NCBI GenBank assembly: GCA_964583625.1
Contig: CAZOVA010000001.1
Location: forward strand, 480 to 64,479
Reading direction: 5' to 3'
DNA length: 64,000 bases
Source: an uncultured Pseudomonadales bacterium
GTDB taxonomy: Bacteria > Patescibacteriota > Microgenomatia > UBA1400 > PJMF01
Positions within the stretch are counted from its first letter, which is position 1. Each line of letters starts with the position of its first letter. A model generated the notes under the pieces. It saw only the letters and a program-made list of their open reading frames with translations, searched no databases and was not told the DNA's origin. Below, piece by piece: positions 57,599-64,000 of the stretch. A program made the position numbers and the translations under genes.

Positions 57599-59293
57599 CT
57601 ATCTTTGTTCCATCTCCTCCTCTGGAGTGGCGACTGTTAAAGCCTTAGCTAAAGTAGCAGCCACTTCAAGTGGATTACTTGAATAACTAGTCTTTTTGGT
57701 CAAAACATTAATGGCATTAAGAATTGCTTCTTTCTTCTCTCGATTTTGTCCCTCATCGAAAGTTTTGTCATTGGCAGGATAGCCAATGGCTTGGCCAGCC
57801 CTAAATAAATATGGCTGAATATATTGATTGGTAGCTAATAAATCAGCCATACTAGAACGAGGATAAATTTCACCAAAGAGTCTGGCTGAAGCCTGTTGTT
57901 CATATAAAGCTTGTAGCACTTCTTCCGAACTTAAATAGCTCAACAGTTGCCAAGCGGCCTCTTGTCTCGGGCTAGCGGCACTGACTCCCTCTACCCAGTA
58001 ACTGGCCAACTCTTTGGGTCGATCAATGTCTAACTGAGGAATACTAGCTACTCCTATTTCTAAGTTTGGATTTATCCCTAAAACATCATGAATAATCCAT
58101 GAAGGAGCAATAATCATTGCTACTTCTCCTCTGGAAAAAGCCAAGGTAGAGTTGTCAGCAAATGTTTCATCCCAAGTCCTTTGCGCGCTAGAGTTATAAA
58201 AATTGGTGTAAAAAGTTAAAACGTCTTCAATAATTTTTACATCTGGATTTTTGAAATCAATCCCGCTTTGAATGGCTAAAAGAGTGATAATGTCAGAAGC
58301 AAAATCAACATTATCAGCCAAACCCATAGCAGCACCGGCAATCTCGATATATCCCTCCTGATTTTTTCTTGTTAGAGTGGCAGCATTAGCTCTAAATTGA
58401 GCCCAAGTGCTTGGCAATTCTAAGTTTGCTTGCCGATAAAGTTCTTTATTATAAAGCAGAGAAAGACTGTCATACATAAGAGGAACTCCTTGAATTTCCC
58501 CTTGTTGATTTCTTAATTGTTGAGACATAACTGGATAAAAAGTTTGACCATACTGAGCTGGAGTCATAATCTTTTCTGGCATGGGGGCTAACTTGTCCTG
58601 AAGATCTTCTCTCCAAGAGGCATGATAACGAAAAACATCTGGACCACTAGCCGTGCCAATTGCTTGATTCAAGCTTTGCCAATAATCGGTAATGTCTTTC
58701 TTCATATAATTAACACTGATTCCTGGATGAGACAGTTCAAAATCTTTCAAAACCTGGGTTAAGAAATGTGAGGGTTCCCATAATCCCCAATATTCCAGAG
58801 TAGTAATAACTGTTTCTTTTGGTGGTTCAACTTTGGCCTGTTGTATTTTTAAGTTACGATTGTAAAAATACCAAATAATTGACCCTATAATAAAAATAGA
58901 AAATAAACCGAAAATTACTGGAAAAAACCATTTGTTTTTTTTCTTTTTTTCTAAATCATTGCCGATTTTATAGTTTAAAACAGTCGCTGGAGCTTGGACT
59001 TTCTCTTCTGTCGTCTGGGCTTCAGTAGAAACTACTGCTGATCCCTCCATCTCGGGAATTTTTATTCCTGGTTGAGAATTGTCAATAAAATCTGGAGCAG
59101 AGCTTTGATAAACAAAATTATCCTTTCTTTCGCTTTCAGTGCGGATTTTATCTTCAAAGCTTTGTTCTCCTGGTTGTAAAGTGGCAACTACTCCACCTGA
59201 AGGAGAAGCTTGCAAAACAGGGCTTGCTTGAGGACGAGGCTCATTGGAGGGAGGATTAATTTTTTGATTTGTTTTCTGGTTATTGTCTATCAT
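57599..59293 (-). CDS. ABC-type sugar-binding-protein-family lipoprotein-like protein with N-terminal extension and TM anchor
   Basis: LEYWGLWE, GPDVF, LLYNKELY, PSTW and AAWQLLSYLSS. Confidence 0.85.
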   Translation of the reverse strand: MIDNNQKTNQKINPPSNEPRPQASPVLQASPSGGVVATLQPGEQSFEDKIRTESERKDNFVYQSSAPDFIDNSQPGIKIPEMEGSAVVSTEAQTTEEKVQAPATVLNYKIGNDLEKKKKNKWFFPVIFGLFSIFIIGSIIWYFYNRNLKIQQAKVEPPKETVITTLEYWGLWEPSHFLTQVLKDFELSHPGISVNYMKKDITDYWQSLNQAIGTASGPDVFRYHASWREDLQDKLAPMPEKIMTPAQYGQTFYPVMSQQLRNQQGEIQGVPLMYDSLSLLYNKELYRQANLELPSTWAQFRANAATLTRKNQEGYIEIAGAAMGLADNVDFASDIITLLAIQSGIDFKNPDVKIIEDVLTFYTNFYNSSAQRTWDETFADNSTLAFSRGEVAMIIAPSWIIHDVLGINPNLEIGVASIPQLDIDRPKELASYWVEGVSAASPRQEAAWQLLSYLSSEEVLQALYEQQASARLFGEIYPRSSMADLLATNQYIQPYLFRAGQAIGYPANDKTFDEGQNREKKEAILNAINVLTKKTSYSSNPLEVAATLAKALTVATPEEEMEQR

Positions 59294-59335
59294 AAAGTTT
59301 TATTTTATAATACAGCAATCTGTTTGTCAAAAATC

Positions 59336-61111
59336 ATGTTAAAAAAAACAAAAAAAAACTCTCTTCCCTCAGCCTTAACATATTTTTTAGGTTTAGGAAT
59401 TTTACTTCTGTCTTTCTATTTTTATTGGCAACTAGTTCAGTTTTACCAAACTCATTTTTTTCCCAAAACAACGGTTAATGGCCTTTCCCTAGACAATCTT
59501 AATGTTTCTCAAGCTCAAAAAAAACTCAGCACTCTTCAAATTGATCCCAAACAACAAATTTCTCTTTTAGCTGGAGATAAAAAATTAGCCTCTCAAAGTG
59601 GCGAGTTAGACCTAGTTTACGATTTTGATGACGCTCTACACAAGATTTTAAGAAAACAACAGTCATCAAGTTTTATTCAAAGCTTTCCCCCTTTTTTATT
59701 TAAATTTCAATCACAAAATTACCAAGCTGAATTAGTTTTCAATCAAGAAGCTGTTTTAAAAATGATTGACGAATTGGCATCTTCGGCGGAGCAGGTAGGG
59801 CATCCCAGTTCCTTAGTTTTAAATAAAACCAATGATCCTAAATCATTGCGGCTTGATCCTGGAGAAGACGCTCTTTCTCTCGATCGGAAAAAAGCCTATC
59901 AACTTGTAGTTGAAGCGCTCAATGCTGGACATAAGGAAATTACTCTTCCTCTAGAAAGGAAAGAGCAAAGACTTTCTCTTAATCAACTAGCTCTTCTCCA
60001 AAAACAAGCACTTAATTTGGTGGGCAAAAAAATTGTTTTACAGACAGACCAAATTGATAATTTTCTTTTCACAATAAAGGATACCGTTTTGATCCCTTTA
60101 TTAAATAATCATTCGGCTTCTTCTTCGTCTGAGCTGGCTAATATTTTTACTCAATTGGAATCAATTATCGACCGAGAGCCTCAAGAACCTCATTTAGACT
60201 TTGATCAAGAATCTCTTAAGGTAAAATCTTTTTCTCCTCCCTTAAACGGTTTGGCTTTGGATAAACAAGCTCTTTTAAAAAAGATCGAAGAACAAATGTT
60301 GGTCTTAGAGCAGAGTCAAGAATTAAAAATGGCAGAGATTGATATTCCTCTGAACGTCATCTCTCCGAAAAAATCTTTATCTCAAACTAATAATTTAGGC
60401 ATTAATGATCTTTTAGGTTTTGGTGAAAGCTATTATGCTCATTCTATTCCTGGAAGAGTTCATAATGTTGCGCTTGCCAGTCAAAAACTAAATCTTCATT
60501 TAGTGCCTCCTGGAGGAAGTTTTTCCTTTAATCAAGCTATCGGCGATGTTAGTGCGGCCGCTGGCTATAAAGAAGGATATATTATTCAAGGGGGCAGGTC
60601 TGAACTCTCAGCTGGTGGCGGAGTTTGTCAGGTAAGCACCACTCTTTTTAGAGCTTTATTAAATGCTGGACTGAAAATTACTCTTAGACTGCCTCATAGT
60701 TATCGAGTGAGTTATTATGAATTAAATAATGATCCTGGTTTTGACGCTACTGTTTATGCTGGTAATATCGATTTACGTTTTATTAACGATACTCAGGGCT
60801 ATCTTTTGATAGTCGCTCAAGCAGACAGTAAAAACCTCTACATGAATGTTCGTCTTTATGGGACAAGTGATGGTCGAAAAACAACTGTCACCAATTATAG
60901 TAAATCAAATTTTATCAAAGCCCCTCCTCCAGTCTATATTCCCGATCCCTCACTTCCCCCTGGAAAAAGACAGCAAATAGATTGGGCGGTTGGCGGTTTA
61001 AGCACCAATTTTACTCATACCATTTATAATGCTGACGGCTCCATCAGAGAACAAAAGCAGTATCCTTCCAAATATCAAGCTTGGAGCTCCAAATTTCTGG
61101 TCGGCCCTTAA
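59336..61111 (+). CDS. VanW family protein with peptidoglycan-binding repeats
   Basis: RVHNVALA, FSFNQAIG, GGGVCQVSTTLF, PHS and DLRFINDT. ATG 59336 gives an N-terminal TM. Confidence 0.9.
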   Translation: MLKKTKKNSLPSALTYFLGLGILLLSFYFYWQLVQFYQTHFFPKTTVNGLSLDNLNVSQAQKKLSTLQIDPKQQISLLAGDKKLASQSGELDLVYDFDDALHKILRKQQSSSFIQSFPPFLFKFQSQNYQAELVFNQEAVLKMIDELASSAEQVGHPSSLVLNKTNDPKSLRLDPGEDALSLDRKKAYQLVVEALNAGHKEITLPLERKEQRLSLNQLALLQKQALNLVGKKIVLQTDQIDNFLFTIKDTVLIPLLNNHSASSSSELANIFTQLESIIDREPQEPHLDFDQESLKVKSFSPPLNGLALDKQALLKKIEEQMLVLEQSQELKMAEIDIPLNVISPKKSLSQTNNLGINDLLGFGESYYAHSIPGRVHNVALASQKLNLHLVPPGGSFSFNQAIGDVSAAAGYKEGYIIQGGRSELSAGGGVCQVSTTLFRALLNAGLKITLRLPHSYRVSYYELNNDPGFDATVYAGNIDLRFINDTQGYLLIVAQADSKNLYMNVRLYGTSDGRKTTVTNYSKSNFIKAPPPVYIPDPSLPPGKRQQIDWAVGGLSTNFTHTIYNADGSIREQKQYPSKYQAWSSKFLVGP

Positions 61112-61162
61112 AAGGCCCGCGGGATGTTTCTATCTTATTAGGTTTTGTATTATAATAACAAT

Positions 61163-64000
61163 ATGGCAGACCAAGAGCCCAAGGATTCTTTACGTTTAAG
61201 CTATACCACTTTAGTCGGTTTTCAAGTAGCTACTGCTTTGGGCTTGCAAAGACAAGACTTATTGGCGACGATTGAGTCCCCACTACAACAAAGTGATCGG
61301 GAGACTCTTTTTGCCATCTTTAATTTTCAGCCTTTTGATTTAAGTGGAAGAGAGGTTTTTACCAAAGCTTTTGCCGACGAGAATCAAAGCGCCGATTCTT
61401 TTGCCGACATTTATCAGCAGTCTGCCCAATATTATCGGCGTTTCGATCTTTTAGACCCCAAAGTTTTGAATAAGACCGCTAAGCCGCTCGACTCTGAGCA
61501 ATTAGAAAATTTAAAACAAGCTTATAGAAAAGTTTTAAGTGGAGATATTAAAGCAGAATTAGAAAAACTTTTTAATCCTGCTTTTGTTAAGGACAGAGAA
61601 AAGGGAGCTTCTACTATTACTACTGGGGCTGCTATTTCTCTCACTTCTACAAAAAAAGACACAGAGAAGGAAGGGGTTTCACAAAAGGATCAAGCTGAAA
61701 AGTCTAAAAAGGAAGAAAGTAGAAGCGGTTCGGGCTCCTCTTTCGCTGCCTCTCAAACAGAGGAAGCAACTGATAATGATTCTAGTTTTAATATTTCTCA
61801 GCCGGCTGATATTGAAAGAGCAATCCAAGAAATTTCTGAAGACTCATCCTTAGACTTAAAAACTAAAGCTGAAAAACAAACCCAATTTTTACTTAATCTA
61901 TTACAAGAGGATCAAAAAACAAATATTAAAATTGGCGCCAGTCTTTTCCTTTTAACAAATAAAAATTTACACGGTTTAATAAAAGGACAACTCCCCAACT
62001 TAAATGAACAGCTTTTCCAAGAAATCTCTAAGCTTGATCAGCTAGCAGAGAAATCCATTTATGATCTAAATTTATTTTTTAATCAACAAAAAGAACTTTT
62101 ACAAGAGCGGCCTGAATTGGCTTTTGGCACTAAAAGGCAGGAGTTTTTCCAGCAAATGCTGGCTAAATTAGAAGAAGAAACTTTAACCAAACTCGACTTA
62201 ACTCCCGAGCAAATGGCGAGCTTTGAAAAACTTTTTAAAGAAAAATACAACCAAACTATTATTGATAATCCTGGACAAGATCCTCAATCCAATCAACTCT
62301 ATCTTTTGGATGATGAGGAACCTTTAGTAGACAAAGAAAATTTACAGGAAACTAGTCAAGCGCCCTCCTCTGATCAAGCTTTACCTTCAGAACAAAAGCC
62401 AGCCTCTGATACCTCTAAAACGTCGGAAGATCAAGCTCAAATTACTCAAGAAGAAAAGACAAAGACTTTGGGCTCTAAAGCCGACAACACTTTTGTTCCA
62501 CCTCAAAAAAAGGAACCAGCTAAAGAAGAAAGTCGGCCCTCTTCTCCTAAAAGAGTTGTTGGACAGTCAGTTCCACAAAACGAAGATTCCTCTTCTGACG
62601 AGCAAGATTCTTCATCAGTTGAAGAAGAACCCTCGCCTCAAGCTTCTGATGAAGAACAAAGATTTTCACCCCCTCAAGAAGCAGAGGGTCTAAATCAAGA
62701 AAAAACAGAGCCGACCGCTCAGGTTGATAACTTTAATTCTCCTCAACAATCAACTCCAGAAGGATCCGCTCCGGCCTCCTCTCCTGCAGATATAATTGAA
62801 CAAAAACCAGAAGATCTCTCTCCTTCTCCTATTGGCGAACAAACTCTAGCTCCTGGAGCAATAGTTCCTCAGTCTTTACCAACAGCTGAGAAACAAACTG
62901 TTGGTCCTTCTTTGTCAGGAGGAGGAGTCCCCCCTTTTTATTCATCTGAAAATCTACCTCCTTCATCTTCACAAAATTTAGACTCAGAAAGTGAAGATAA
63001 AGACGACAAACAAAGTAGTAAAAAACAAGACACCCTAAAAAGACTAAGGGAACAAGCTAAGAAAAAAACCCCTCAAAGACTAAAAAAAATCACTCAAAAA
63101 ACAAAGAGTTTATTATCTAAAACAAGAAAAGTTCTAAACCAAACAGGCAAACTTGCCGTACGAGCAGGCAAAGCAACGGCCAAAGTCGCCAGCAAAGCAG
63201 CCAGAGCTACAGCTAGAGCCTTAACGAAGCTGATGAGCCTTTTGATTAAAGCGGCGGTTTCCCTATTTAATGCACTCGTTGCCCTAATCACTTTTCTTGT
63301 CAGCACTCCTATTGGTTGGGCTATTCTAGCAGTTGCTGCGGTGTCGGCTATTGTTGTTACTGTAGTTGTAGTTGTCCAAGAGGAGCAGAGACAAACTCAA
63401 GAAACAGCCAATATTACTAATCAGTCTCCAGTAGTTAATGCCGACTGTCTTCCCTGTCTTTCCTTAACCAAAAAAATCATTCCTAATAGTTTGCCAGGGC
63501 CAATCGCTCAATTAGGTAGTGAAAAAGCAAGTTTTACTTATACATTAACGCCCAATTTAAATCATTGTTCTGATATTGTGCTAGATGGAGAGTGTAGTGA
63601 TATTCTTAGTCTAGCTTGCAAACAAAGTTCCAACGATGATTCTCAAAATAATACTTGTCCAAATTTTGAAAATCCTCTCCCCTACACCCTGCCTCCTCCC
63701 ATAGCCGATCTTTCTTCTACTGGAAAAGGGGTGCCAGAAAATTATGCCCTACCAAGCATTCCAGAAAATGCTGTTTCTCAAGAGGGAGAGATGAGTGTTC
63801 CTGTTTGTAATGCCTTGATGAGAGCCTTAAAAACAGACTCTTTAACTGGCTTTAAAATAGACAAAGAGGTTTCTTTTGACTTAGAAGAGTTTTTTCCTGG
63901 AGGCTACCCTTTGCCCGCAGGAAATGATTATCGTTTGACAAACATTATCACTTTAGGATATGAATCAAAAAGAAAAGAAGACACTTGTCGAGCGATTCAG
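61163..64000 (+). CDS. Large hypothetical membrane protein, 3'-truncated by the window edge (absent from the ORF track)
   Basis: Manual translation from ATG 61163 (MADQEPKDSL...) stays open for 946 codons: helical region, acidic Pro/Ser/Gln linker, basic KAGKATAKVASKAARA-type segment, long hydrophobic stretch, then a Cys-containing external domain. Confidence 0.8.
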   Translation, partial: MADQEPKDSLRLSYTTLVGFQVATALGLQRQDLLATIESPLQQSDRETLFAIFNFQPFDLSGREVFTKAFADENQSADSFADIYQQSAQYYRRFDLLDPKVLNKTAKPLDSEQLENLKQAYRKVLSGDIKAELEKLFNPAFVKDREKGASTITTGAAISLTSTKKDTEKEGVSQKDQAEKSKKEESRSGSGSSFAASQTEEATDNDSSFNISQPADIERAIQEISEDSSLDLKTKAEKQTQFLLNLLQEDQKTNIKIGASLFLLTNKNLHGLIKGQLPNLNEQLFQEISKLDQLAEKSIYDLNLFFNQQKELLQERPELAFGTKRQEFFQQMLAKLEEETLTKLDLTPEQMASFEKLFKEKYNQTIIDNPGQDPQSNQLYLLDDEEPLVDKENLQETSQAPSSDQALPSEQKPASDTSKTSEDQAQITQEEKTKTLGSKADNTFVPPQKKEPAKEESRPSSPKRVVGQSVPQNEDSSSDEQDSSSVEEEPSPQASDEEQRFSPPQEAEGLNQEKTEPTAQVDNFNSPQQSTPEGSAPASSPADIIEQKPEDLSPSPIGEQTLAPGAIVPQSLPTAEKQTVGPSLSGGGVPPFYSSENLPPSSSQNLDSESEDKDDKQSSKKQDTLKRLREQAKKKTPQRLKKITQKTKSLLSKTRKVLNQTGKLAVRAGKATAKVASKAARATARALTKLMSLLIKAAVSLFNALVALITFLVSTPIGWAILAVAAVSAIVVTVVVVVQEEQRQTQETANITNQSPVVNADCLPCLSLTKKIIPNSLPGPIAQLGSEKASFTYTLTPNLNHCSDIVLDGECSDILSLACKQSSNDDSQNNTCPNFENPLPYTLPPPIADLSSTGKGVPENYALPSIPENAVSQEGEMSVPVCNALMRALKTDSLTGFKIDKEVSFDLEEFFPGGYPLPAGNDYRLTNIITLGYESKRKEDTCRAIQ

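Noticed and set aside
61584-63306. Three short track ORFs at the window end
   Set aside because: They lie within the long open frame from 61163, which the track omitted because it has no stop in the window.

Overview
AT-rich chromosomal segment with standard code 11 (TGA is used as a stop and tRNA-Trp reads UGG). The gene content and style point to a Patescibacteria/CPR genome, probably Microgenomates; this is inferred from split comEC, PEGA, VanW, BldC-like HTH and VirD4-like proteins, giant surface proteins, and salvage-only nucleotide enzymes. Housekeeping genes are thrS, argS, rplJ-rplL with an L10 leader, obg, rho, radA, ndk, dut, upp and two prs copies. Other content includes four tRNAs (Trp-CCA, Pro-CGG, Arg-CCU, Arg-CCG), competence genes, and two cell-wall loci (murL-murD and murF-hydrolase-DegT-femAB). 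Large surface-protein genes run off both ends of the window. The most unusual signal is two unrelated mRNA units that share a pre-rRNA-like layout: a -10 promoter, a boxA-like GATCTTTGA(A/C)AA, a GGAGGAGAAAA ribosome site, the gene(s), a trailer complementary to the 5' leader, and an intrinsic terminator. By contrast, about 11 other genes look leaderless. Also notable are two one-gene islets at tRNA 3' ends, a CDS whose stop codon lies inside a tRNA anticodon loop, a homopolymer-frameshifted transglutaminase-like gene, a candidate sRNA, and a 1.2 kb AT-rich spacer with helically phased repeats. No CRISPR array, rRNA, transposase or intact integrase was seen. All calls were made by eye; no database search was run.
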